A stretch of 43,114 bases of DNA, from assembly GCF_001194135.2 (NCBI RefSeq), contig NC_068986.1, forward strand, positions 73,027,606 to 73,070,719, written 5' to 3'. Below, in pieces: positions 23,601 to 33,900 of this stretch; the stretch's first letter is position 1; every line of letters begins with the position of its first letter. Both the position numbers and the translations under genes were made by a program. The notes beneath the pieces were generated by a model, which was not told the origin of the DNA, ran no database searches, and worked only from the letters and a program-made list of their open reading frames with translations. This stretch comes from Octopus bimaculoides (lineage: Eukaryota).

Positions 23601-26600
23601 GGGTAAAGACCTTCTTTTGCTTGGGATGCTGGTGTTTCTCCTTTCTCTACCCACTGTCTTCGGTGCTTGATATTTTTATAGTGAACCCATTTCTCGTTAG
23701 CAGTCACTATTTGGTCCAAAAAAGGTTCATTTGTGAGATGTGACAGCAAAGAAGAGCACACATTCACTCTCTGCACACGATTAGACTCGGAAACTTTGTG
23801 AAGAACCCAATTTGCTGACTTTTCCAATGGTATGCAAGTGTCAATGAATGGTTGAATGTCCAAGTCCAAGCCTCTCTGTTAGTTCCTCAACAGTTACAAT
23901 AGGATTTTGTTCCACCAGGGTTTGCAGGATGTCCTCACTGGAGCTCTACAGATCTTCCAGGGTGAGGCTCATCTTCTAGGCTGTAGTTTCCAGCTTGGAA
24001 TTTCTGGAACCACCGTTGACACTAGCTTATACTTATTGGCATTGACCACACTTGAATGGTACTTTTTACGTGTCACTGGCACGGGACCGGTGAGGCTGCA
24101 CTGGCATTGACCACACTTGAATGGTGCTTTTTACGTACCACTGGTACGGGTGCCAGTCAGGCGGTACTGGCATCATCCACATCAATGACTTCACTTGACT
24201 CAACAGGTCTTCACAAGCACAGTTTATTGCCCAATGATTGAAAGGTACACTTAAATGGGCTGGTTATTTTGCACTGGTATGGGCCACGGTTACGGTCTCA
24301 CTTGGCTTGCCAGGTTTTCTCAAGCACAACATATCTCCAAAGGTCTCGGTCACTCATCATCGCCTCCGTGAGGCTCAACTTTCGAAGGTCGTACTTCACC
24401 TCATCCCAGGTTTTCCTGGGTCTACTTCTTCCACAGGTTCCCTATACTACTAGGGTGTGACAGTTTTTCACACAGCTGTCCTCATCCATACACAACACTT
24501 GACCATACCAGTGCAGTTGTCTCTTTTGCACACCACTTCTGATATTTCTTATGTCCAGCTTTGTTCTCAGGGCACTTACAGTCAGTTGTGTATGTACACT
24601 GACATTACACATCCAGCGGAGCATACTAGCTTAATTTCTTGCAAGCTTACACTTGTCTTCAGCAGTCACGGCCCATGTTTCACTGCCATGTAGCATGGCT
24701 GTTCACACACATGTCATACAATCTACCTTTTATTCTGAGTGAGAGGGCCTTTGTTACATGCAGAAGTAGGAGGTCTCTGAACTTTGCCCAAGCTATTCTT
24801 ATTCTAGCAGCTACACTCTCAGAGCATCCACCCCCGCTACTGACTTGGTCACCTAGGTAATGGAGACTATCAACTACTTCTAGTTTTTCTCCTTGGCATG
24901 TGACAGAAACTGTTTTCTGCACATTTTCAGTGTTTATTGCTCCTGAGCATTTGCCACACACAAAAACTATCTTCCCAGTTAGCCTTCCTTTGATATTGCT
25001 GCACCTCTTATATGTCCATAGCTTACACCAGGTACATCTTATGGAGTTTCTGCCTATACCTTTTCTACAGATCAAGCAGGGCCATTTACCTGAAGGGATT
25101 TGTGATTTATCTGCCTTCCTACTTATTAAGATTTTGGTTTTTGTTAGATTGACTCTAAAGCCCTTTGATTCTATACCTTGCTTCCACACCTGAAACTTCT
25201 CTAGTTCTGATAGTGGCTCAGCTACTAGAGCAAGGTCATCAGCATAGAGAAGCTCTCCGGGGCATCCTGTCTTGAATTCCTGTGTTATTGCCTGGAGGAC
25301 TATGATGAACTTATAAAGCAAAATATGCAGAATATGCTCCTTAACCACTTCCATTATAGCTTTGAAAAAATAACTGTTAAAATCGAACTGCACTCTTCAA
25401 AACATGCACTAAGAATAAAACCAAGGTAAAATTTCTACCTGCTTTTATAACTAGTTTATGCAGGGAGATTGTCCTGTCCCCCCTCCAACTTTTAGTTCAT
25501 ACAGTAGAAAAAGCCACAGTATTTATGGGATGACCCAGTACATCAGCAAAAGTTGAATTGTATTTTTTGTTTCAAAATTCAGCTTTTTAAAATTTCATAA
25601 TTATTGATTCTATTTTACCAGGACTACAAGAAAGAAGAAGATCCAACAACATATAAGTCTGAAAAGACTGGTCGGGGACCTTTGTTAGGCAAATGGATGG
25701 TAAATATTTCATTTGAATTATTCAATATGTGCCTCTGTATTTTATTCTATCAGGCTCAGTAAAATGTAAGCAATGTTTTGAAACATGAAATTCATCACAA
25801 TATATTTCAACAATGCGGAAATTTTATTCATCAAAGTATCAGCACATTTTTGCCAAAAACGTTACAAGTTTTTTTATTCTGGTAACATAAAAATCTGGAG
25901 TTCTGGAACTGATGAACTCTTTGAATGCACTTTCAGCATTGGTTTGATTTTTGAACTCCTTCTCTCACAGGAAACTATCAAGGTGCTTGAAAAAGTGGTA
26001 GTCGGTAGGAGAAAGGTCTGAGGATTAAGCTGGTTGAGTACTTTGTAGCCAAGTACTCTCAACTTCTGGAGCGTCATTAGTGAAACTTGTGGTTGAGCAT
26101 TGTCATGAAGAATGATTGGCCCACTTCTGTTGACTAGTCTGGGACAGCTGAGTTGCAGTTTTTCGTTCATTTTGGCAATTTCATGGCAATGTTTCTGCAG
26201 TAATGGATTTTCTGGGTTTTAAGAAGCTATAGTGGATGAGTCCAGCAGTACACCACCAAATAGTCACCATAACCTTCTTTTTGAAGAACTCCGGTTTAGG
26301 AAAGTTTTTCAGTGCTTCATTTTGGTCCAACCACTGTGAAGAACGTTTTTTTATTATTGTACAGAATCCAGTTTTCATTGCAAGTTGAAACACAGTTGAG
26401 AAATGGATCAATCTGGTTATGGAGAAGAAGCGATGAGCAAATTTCATATCTGTGCATTTTCTGATTTTCATTCAAATTGTGTGGTACCTATTTGTCGAGC
26501 TTTTTTTGATTTTCTGATCACATGCAAATGGTTGCAGGCAGTTTTCTGGCTAACTTGAAGTTCTTTTGCCAGTTTTCGAGTGGTTTTACGTGGATCTTTC

Positions 26601-29165
26601 TCAATGATGGTCTTTAATTAACTGTCATCAATGACAAATGGGCGTCCGCTATGCTCATGATTTTTAAGGCTTAGGTCTCCACTGCAAAATCGTTTAAACC
26701 ATTTTCAACCTGACCACTCGCTGGTAATTTCCTCACCAAACGTTCGCGAGCAATTTCAGCTGCTTTACATCCTTTTTTGAAGTTGAATAGCAAAATTGCT
26801 CAAACATCGCGCTTTGACAGTTCCATTTCAGATGACTAACAACGGTGAAAAAATTATCAATGTTAATTTATTGATGCATTTGGGCAAGTCTGTGTCTGTA
26901 TTATCAGACAATTGCAAAAAAATGTTTTAAAAAATTCAAAGCTGCTAAAATCCGGTACAAATTTTTTATGTTTCAAAATGTTGCTTACTTTTTACTCAAG
27001 TTGATACTTTGCAAAATTGGTGGAAAGCTCAAAACATAGGAAAAGCTATTTTCAGTTTTCTTCATGATTGAAATAATTACTAGTCATAAAGATGATGTCA
27101 GTGTCTGGCTAATTATTAACCTTTTCATTATTATATTTCTAACCAAAATACACCCGTTAGGTGTTTCAATTAAATTTAAAAATTTATATGTCTGTAAAAC
27201 CTATTCACTTTCTCAGATCACTTGTTTCTAAAATTCAAGAAGTACGTAATACAGTTCCATTTTTTTCTGTTGTTACTGATGACATTTACTTTGCATGATT
27301 ATATGTAAAAACAAAACTTTCCAGTTTCTTCCATTTGCTCTGCACCTTAAATACAATCTCCAGTTCTAATTAAATTACCTATGATAACATATCTATAATT
27401 TTAATTTTGTACATTCACAGCTGTTTGTAGTCTTACTATTTAAAATTGATAATTTTTTCTTTTTTTTAGGATGAAGCTGACCCTATTATGACCTGTTATA
27501 AATTAGTGTCCGTAAACTTTGCATGGATGGGATTACAAACACAAATAGAAAAATTTATCCAAGGGGTAAGTAGTTTTGTACTCCAAAATTTCTTAAACCA
27601 ATTTCAAATTTTGGTTAAATTATCTTATGGTGTTGATTATAATTCATGTAATGGGATATAATTTCATAGATATTTAGTTAAACGTTACTCCAAATATTTT
27701 AGGTAAAATGAGATAGACATGAGCATTTTGATATAGGGAAACAAATAAAATCACAGAATCAGTTTGTCCAACATACAAGGACATTTTTTTAGAGAGTTGT
27801 TTCAAAAACTGCAAACCATCAACATTATAATTCATATTAATTCTTTTATTAAATATTTCTATTACTTTAAACAATTATTTACAATGTTATTTTTTCATAC
27901 AAATGTATGTATTTAACAGATTTTTTCACGTATCTACTTGGTGACATTTGACACTATTTTGCTGGTCCTTAGTATGTATTCCACTCAGTTTATTGTAACA
28001 TTGTATGTGTACAAATAGGGTTGGGGTGTATGTTTTACAACTAAATGTTATTCCAGTGAATATGTACTGTATGTACTCGACTATAAAACACCCTCGTCTA
28101 TAAGACGCACCCCTAACTTATAAGATTCAGATCGGGAATTTCATCATTGACCCGACTATGTTGCAGCGACTGTTTTGCAGCTTGATTCGAATGCGACTTT
28201 GTGTATTCAATGAAAGTGATGTCCTACAAATTGCTCTTTCTCTTCATGTTAACAAATAACATTGTGTCAAATTAAAGAAAGACAAGGATAGTACAAAACA
28301 AACAAGCATTAAACTTCTTTTTTTTCTTTTTAATTAATTGTTTATTTCATACTAACAGAAGTAAAGAAATATATAAAAATCGTTTTCCATGTACTTCTTG
28401 GCTTTGGAATTAGCGATTTAGCTTTTCTTGGTTATTCCATGTGTCAGAACTTCAGACATGGCTTGTACCTAGAAAATACTTGAAGATTTTTTTATAGGAT
28501 GCACTTATAGGTGCAGGAGTGGCTGTGTGGTAAGTAGCTTGCTTACCAACCACATGATTCCGGGTTCAGTCCCACTGTGTGGCACCTTGAGCAAGTGTCT
28601 TCTGCTATAGCCTCAGGCCGACCAAAGCCTTGTCAGTGGATTTGGTAGATGGAAACTGAAAGAAGCCCGTTGTATATATGTATGTGTGTATATGTTGTGT
28701 ATCTGTGTTTAAGTCCCCCGTAACTTAGCGGTTCGGCAAAAAGAGACCGATAGAATAAGTACTAGGCTTACAAAGAATAAGTCCTGGGGTCGATTTGATT
28801 CGACTAAAGGCGGTGCTCCAGTATGGCCGCAGTCAAATGACTGAAACAAGAAAAAGAATAAAAGAATTATAAGTCGCACCCCCAACTTTAGTTGAAGATT
28901 TCAGGGAAAAAAGGTGCAAATTATATCCGACTATAACTCTAATTATCATCAGACGTCCGTTTTACCATACTAGCATGAATTGGATGGTTCTGCTTCATCA
29001 GTGTCTCACGTTTTGCAGTCCTTTTCTGTTTATATATTAAGATCATGTAAAGATCATTTAGAAAGATGGATTGTAAGGCGTTGTTTAATGCAAATTGTTA
29101 AACTACTCAAATAAATAATTTACATTGATATAGAAAGATTTTAATAACCTTTTCCTTTCTTTCTT

Positions 29166-29209
<44 letters not shown>

Positions 29210-30710
29210 AGCAAGAGAAACGAATTTTCACTAATTTTCATCGTCAGGTATTTTGTTGGACTGACTATTGGTTTGGCATGACTTTAGAGGATATACGATC
29301 ACTTGAGGAAAAGACGAAGGAAGATTTAGATAAAGTAAGTATAATGCGATGTTTTTTTAAAGGCACAATTTGTCTTGAGAAAATCAAACATCTGGTATCA
29401 TTTTTTGATCTACTAAAATAGGGATTATATCAGTTTCTGTATTATTTTGAAAACAATTTTTTGAAAAAATTTTTTTTTTTGTTTTTTAAGTTTCATTAAG
29501 ATGATTTTCATTTTGTTTAAATTTTCAGAGAGAGAGAGAGAAAGGATGTAAACATTTTTGAAATATCTTATTTTCCACAGTCTTCATTTATCAGAATTAT
29601 AACCATTTCTCCTTAATTGTTGCTGTTGTTGGCACTCCGTCGCTTACGACGTCGAGGGTTCCAGTTGATCCGATCAACGGAACAGCCTGCTCGTGAAATT
29701 AACGTGCAAGTGGCTGAGCACTCTACAGACACGTGTACCCTTAACGTAGTTCTCTGTGATATTCAGCATGACACAGTGTGACAAGGCTGACCCTTTGAAT
29801 TACAGGTACAACAGAAACAGGAAGTAAGAGTGAGAGAAAGTTGTGGTGAAAGAGTACAGTAGGGTTCGCCACCATCCCCTACCGGAGCCTCGTAGAGCTT
29901 TAGGTGTTTTCGCTCAACAACGCCCGGTCTGGGAATCAAAACCGCAATCCTATGACCGCGAGTCCGCTGCCCTAACCACTGGGCCATTAAACACTGAAAA
30001 TATTATTAGTGAGATGTAGTTTGATATTTTTTTTTATCAAAATTTATCACCAAAGAAAGGGCTATGTTATTTCCAAATTGGTAGTATTTGTTTTTTATAT
30101 TGAATATTTATAAATCCTCATTTATTTAGAAGCATGGAATGAGAGAGAGAGAAATATTTTCATGGGTCTGTTTTTCTATGCTGAGTTTGACAAGTCTCTC
30201 ACAGTCCTTCATTATCTGACATACCAACTGACCACTACTGCTGCTATTGCTTGTTTGTTTTTTTGTTTTGTTCGTGTGTGTGTGTGACATGATTTTTGAT
30301 GGTTTGATACCCTTGTTATTGCTGGGCCAGCCACTTTTCGGCATGAACAGGGGATACAGTTTATCATGTAACTGCCAGGGATAACATATCCCTTCCATAT
30401 CAGTTTGCATTCAGAGATACTGCTCTCTTAGATAAATTGCCACTGCTGCAGCTTGTGGACTCCATATCATCCTTGTACAACTGAGACAAATTCCTTTTTG
30501 TGTATACTATTGTGTATGTTTGGCGTGCTTAATTTCTTAGATGGCTCACCTTCATTACAGCTAGCAACCATGTCTCTATAATGGTTGATGAAACTTAGTT
30601 ACCAAGGAAGCTTGCAATGGTACTCCAAAATGGCCTGGCAAAAAGTTTGTCACTGTTATGAAGATAGGGAGAGGGACCTTAGTATGTTAGCCACCATTTT
30701 AGCTGCCTTT

Positions 30711-30749
<39 letters not shown>

Positions 30750-30959
30750 CAGAGAAGTTTGTAATAGATAAATTGTAAATGTACCGAGTTGTCAAGATTG
30801 GTGGCAGGTGTTTTGGCAAGGAGCTTTTGACATATATTTCAGCCACTGTCATTAATTTTTTTATACATTGTACTATCTTGATTATTGTTCATTAACATCT
30901 TTAAATTTTGTTTTTGTTTTCAGCAACGGTGTTTAGGCACTATCCGGGGAACTACATAA
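13005..30959 (+). CDS. PITPNA/PITPNB: Class I phosphatidylinositol transfer protein (PITPalpha/beta-like), multi-exon, 5'-partial; join(13005..13192,13710..13809,16983..17060,22172..22255,25622..25699,27470..27565,29212..29334,30924..30959)
   Basis: Eight exons with AG/GT boundaries splice in frame to 260 aa: [31 protein letters not shown]...[60 protein letters not shown]...[10 protein letters not shown]...IDIANN...[21 protein letters not shown]...[23 protein letters not shown]...[18 protein letters not shown]...[11 protein letters not shown]. It is colinear with class I PITPs. Residues equivalent to PITPalpha T59, K61, E86, N90, C95, S166 and K195 are present. The sequence alone cannot assign alpha versus beta. 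Confidence 0.96.
13710..13809 (+). CDS. PITPNA/PITPNB: PITP coding exon, (D)[33 protein letters not shown]
   Basis: ttttcag|t acceptor and aca|gtaagt donor; carries the [13 protein letters not shown] signature. Confidence 0.97.
13896..14061. mobile_element. piggyBac-type MITE
   Basis: TTAA|CCCtttagcattc ... gaatactaaaGGG|TTAA. Confidence 0.8.
14478..14612 (-). mobile_element. Mariner transposase 3' fragment
   Basis: Homologous to about 23130-23265 (aatgtaaaatatactc...gcaaggcccctcttccaaaattcactt). Confidence 0.75.
14730..14915 (+). mobile_element. Old retroposon 3' end with (GAT)n tail
   Basis: Ends cccatgccaacatggaaa...gatgatgat, a diverged RTE-type tail. Confidence 0.5.
15115..15330. mobile_element. 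Mariner-derived MITE
   Basis: ta|cgaggaggtacagaaaagttactggcttta and taaagccagaaacttttcagcaccctctca|ta are imperfect TIRs with TA flanks. Confidence 0.7.
15412..15634 (-). mobile_element. RTE LINE 3' end, running into the N gap
   Basis: (CAT)n followed by the reverse complement of the 1-352 and 20860-21083 sequence. Confidence 0.9.
16983..17060 (+). CDS. PITPNA/PITPNB: PITP coding exon, [26 protein letters not shown]
   Basis: ttctccag|aat acceptor and aat|gtaagt donor; 78 nt, phase 0/0. Confidence 0.95.
19138..21106 (-). mobile_element. Tc1-superfamily transposon, TRT-like (DD37E), decayed, with RTE inserted in the right TIR
   Basis: TA|cacccaga ... ctgggtg|TA ends and >100-bp inverted repeats (19166-19295 vs 20505-20624). 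Transposase motifs include [34 protein letters not shown] and [16 protein letters not shown]-to-E spacing is 103 nt, which fits 37 codons minus an 8-nt deletion by motif alignment. Confidence 0.85.
20625..21083 (+). mobile_element. Two tandem RTE 3' ends (20625-20748 and 20779-21083) separated by an N gap and (AT)n
   Basis: Both end gcggacgttaagc(gat)n gaag and interrupt the Tc1 TIR. Confidence 0.85.
22172..22255 (+). CDS. PITPNA/PITPNB: PITP coding exon, [28 protein letters not shown]
   Basis: atttcag|gct acceptor and aag|gtaagt donor; 84 nt, phase 0/0; IDIA motif. Confidence 0.93.
23071..25538 (-). mobile_element. Mariner (DD34D) element, decayed, interrupted by an RTE fragment
   Basis: TA|ttgggtcatcccataaataatgcgg ... 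ccacagtatttatgggatgacccag|TA TIRs. Transposase pieces: [16 protein letters not shown] (25354-25307), [38 protein letters not shown], and HQDNA*...[13 protein letters not shown] with D-34-D spacing. Confidence 0.92.
24038..25310 (-). mobile_element. RTE LINE fragment: RT C-half, Cys-rich insert, C-terminus and partial 3' UTR
   Basis: [31 protein letters not shown] (YADD at 25246-25235), HYLGD, HGSETW-type region, [11 protein letters not shown], stop at 24298-24300. Frameshift near 24700; no (GAT)n tail. Confidence 0.93.
25622..25699 (+). CDS. PITPNA/PITPNB: PITP coding exon, [26 protein letters not shown]
   Basis: ttttaccag|gac acceptor and atg|gtaaat donor; 78 nt; carries the EDP..KS.KTGRGPL signature. 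Confidence 0.95.
25750..27004 (-). mobile_element. Full-length decayed mariner element (~1255 bp)
   Basis: TA|tcaggctcagtaaaatgtaagcaatgttttgaaac ... gtttcaaaatgttgcttactttttactcaagttga|TA TIRs. ATG at 26826 ([18 protein letters not shown]); motifs KKVMVTIWW and ILHDNAQPQ. Confidence 0.9.
27470..27565 (+). CDS. PITPNA/PITPNB: PITP coding exon, [32 protein letters not shown]
   Basis: ttttttag|gat acceptor and ggg|gtaagt donor; 96 nt; CYKLV motif. Confidence 0.95.
28067..28939. mobile_element. pogo/Tigger-like non-autonomous element hosting a SINE
   Basis: ta|ctgtatgtactcgactataa left end, repeated tataagacgcacc / tataagtcgcacc subterminal motifs, and a decayed right end ggtgcaaattatatccgactata. 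Confidence 0.6.
28510..28866 (+). mobile_element. tRNA-derived SINE
   Basis: A-box-like tggctgtgtggtaag, B-box-like ggttcagtccc, ccttgagcaagt core, A-rich aaaagaat tail, flanked by ttata repeats. Confidence 0.85.
29212..29334 (+). CDS. PITPNA/PITPNB: PITP coding exon, [41 protein letters not shown]
   Basis: Poly-T tract then gcag|caa; aaa|gtaagt donor; 123 nt; carries the FTNFHRQ.FCW signature. Confidence 0.97.
29617..29987 (-). mobile_element. tRNA-derived SINE (second family)
   Basis: Minus strand begins atggcccagtggttagggcagcggactcgcgg (A box) and ggttttgattccc (B box); ends ...acggagtgcc(aac)n. Confidence 0.85.
30714..30745. repeat. (AG)n microsatellite
   Basis: Read directly. Confidence 0.95.
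30924..30959 (+). CDS. PITPNA/PITPNB: PITP terminal coding exon, [11 protein letters not shown]
   Basis: tttgttttcag|caa acceptor; in frame to TAA at 30957-30959; GTIRGT resembles the G.VRG motif of class I PITP C-termini. Confidence 0.85.
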   Translation, partial: QRCLGTIRGTT

Positions 30960-33900
30960 CTGCTCAGAAACTTTTTAGTAACCAATCTAACAACACTATC
31001 ACTGCTGTGAGCATGTCTTCACTGACACTGTAATTCCAAGAATCAAAAAACTAGTAATTAATACAAATTATTGTATCTTAAACAGCATCTAAAACAAAAA
31101 AAATATGAGTTAAAAAGCGTATTTGAATATTCTGAGCAAGTTTTGCTAATAAAGTCTTACACCTTTATTAGGACAATTTACTTTAGCTGAACTTGAAACA
31201 AAGTATTCTCATTGTTTTTGTTTTTTTTTTCCCCCTAAATTTATTCAGAAAATTTTTTCTTTTAGGTTTACAAATATCTTTTCAACGATGATGTACCAAT
31301 AAACGTTTCCTTAGCTATTTGTAATAATCTCTGTATTTCCAAAAATTTTCACAGTAGTAAACAAAAGGATCAAAAAAAGAAAAAAATTAGAACTACCATG
31401 TCTGTCAGGTTATCTGTAAATGAATGTTTTGGAAAATTTCTAGTTTAGGTTTTAGAAAAAAATAATTTTTTTCATCAGATTCACTGTTTTTCATGAGCAA
31501 GCTGAACCTTAGTTTTTGGAAACATTATAAGCAAAAAAAAAAGTTATGTGCCAAATGCTTATGGTAATTAACTTTAAACACTTTCAAGGTTTTATTGAAC
31601 ATTCAGCTTAAATTTGTTTAAGCTTGTTAACTAACTTTTTTATTTCTCTGTTTTGTTGATTATATTTCTTTTTGCTGCTTGGCTCTTCTAGCATCCAAAA
31701 ATAAATAATAAATGAAATTAAAATACCTAAGTAATATAGATTTTTTTTATGGGAAGATGATATCTTTTCAGAAACTTTCTCATTCAAATAGTCAGTGTCC
31801 TATATTCTGTAATGTTTGCATATAGTCTTTCTTCACTCACAGTTAATTAACAGTTGCTGTTAATATATTAGTAATTCTCAAATGCGACTGTCCAGATTGA
31901 AGGCTTGTGTTTTAATATACCCCTCCCCCCTCTTCCAATAAAACGAAAAACAAAACAAAACTGCATATGTCTTCTTGATCTTTTAATTGAATCTTATTGA
32001 TTTTTGGTTATAATTTTAAATTGTCTATAGCAAATAAATAAATTAACTTGCACATACCAACTTGTAGTAGTTTAATGATCATGTAAATTGCCTTCAGATC
32101 AAAAACAACTGAATTAGTAGTAAGAATTTACACACATTCTGATAAATTTTCTTTGTTGCAATGATGGTAATATATAGTTGAAGTTATAGAACTGGGAAGT
32201 GGTAGTGTTCATATATTTTCCAAGGGCATTAGAGATGTAAATGAATTATATATAAAAAAAAAAAAATTAAATGAATGTTTGGAAAGGGCTTTCTCGATCA
32301 AAGGATTACAAGATTTTTATTTGGCTAACATCAGAAGTTTCTTTGTAGTCCCTAAAGAAAATTAATTTTTTGTTTTGACAGTGTCTATCATTTAGTTACT
32401 TGAATCAATTCCATGCCTTCATTACCTTATATATAACACCATCTATTTTGTATACATACGTACATGTATTCATGTGTGCCTAGTTATTACAAAGTGAAAA
32501 TGTGTACTCAAATGAACACACTCATACATTTTAGCATGTATATTATGTACAGCAAATATGTGCTTGAATGTAATCTCATTTGTATTTGTATCTGTTTGTG
32601 TATTTCATACATAAGGGACTCTTGTTCCAAAAGTTTTAATTCCAACTACAACAAATTATATTAATTTGATAATTAGGATGCTACAAGATTAAATAGAATA
32701 TATTTGTTATTGAAAATAAAACCACTGCTTTGGTGCATTGACAGCAACAAGCAAAATAATTTTGTGAAAATAAGCAATTTGTCATTGGGTTTACATTAAT
32801 GATTGTTGGCTTACTTAAAAGGTTGTTACACTTGGAAAAGTGCAAATACTTGCCCTTCTCATTTAGAAACTGAATGTTTACGTTTTTAGATAATTCATCT
32901 ATTCTTAACAAATGAATGACAGTATTCACTGAAATTATAAATTTCACCCATTCATATCTCCCCATAGTCTTTGAATATATATATGTACACATACACACAA
33001 ACACTGGTTTTGCCTAATATATTAAATATGAAAGCAAAAGAAATTCATGTCAAACTGTTCTGTTCATATTTAGCAAATTTTTTCACATAATCTTTCTATC
33101 TCCACATTTATAAAAACCTAGGTGTAAATATGTATTTGAGAAAACAATTATAGTAATAAATAATATTTAGTGATAATCATATATGTGAGTATCTATCAAC
33201 TTTTAATCATATGGCATAGACATAAGGAGGTTCTGCATTCTTCTGTATCCCAACATACACTTATACATAAACAATTGAGTATATATCTTACTATTTGTTT
33301 TTTTCAATAAAAGATTTTCATTTTTATAGTAAATGTTCAAGATAGCAAACAAATGGTTAACTTTATATCAAAAGCTTTGTGATTTTTGAACAATTGAAAA
33401 CTGAAAATATTGGCAATGATATGTTAATATAGCATATGTAATAACATTTTCTGTTTTGTAGGAATAATTTTTAACTAAACATTTGAAGGGAAATTATTTC
33501 TTGATTAAGCTTTCATTTTGATAAGTATATTTTTAGTGTTCCAAAGTTTCAGAATATTTATGGAATAACTTAATTCTCATTATTTTCTTGTAGTTTTTGA
33601 ATAGCAATTTGACATTTGAAAACTATTTAAAATCAGTCTACCAATAAGCTAAATGGAAATTTTACATTTGAAATAATATTTTTCCTTAAAAAAAAATGCT
33701 ATTATTATATCAGGTTGTATAATAAAAAAAAAATTCTTTCATATAAGATGTGTAAGATTGGCCAAAATACTATTGCAGTCAATTCATAAACAGTGATTAG
33801 AATTTCTGTTGAGTGGAATTTTTGTTGATAGTGATTGTAAAAATGCAAAATCAGCTTCAAAAACATTGCCAACATTTTATTTAGATATATGGACATAAGG

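Noticed and set aside
28510-29987. tRNA genes at the SINE heads
   Set aside because: They have A/B boxes but no complete cloverleaf or acceptor stem, and they continue into SINE bodies and tails.
31000-33400. A specific PITP poly(A) site
   Set aside because: Many AATAAA hexamers occur in AT-rich DNA (e.g. ~31149, 31300, 31700, 31937, 33306), and none can be singled out from sequence alone.
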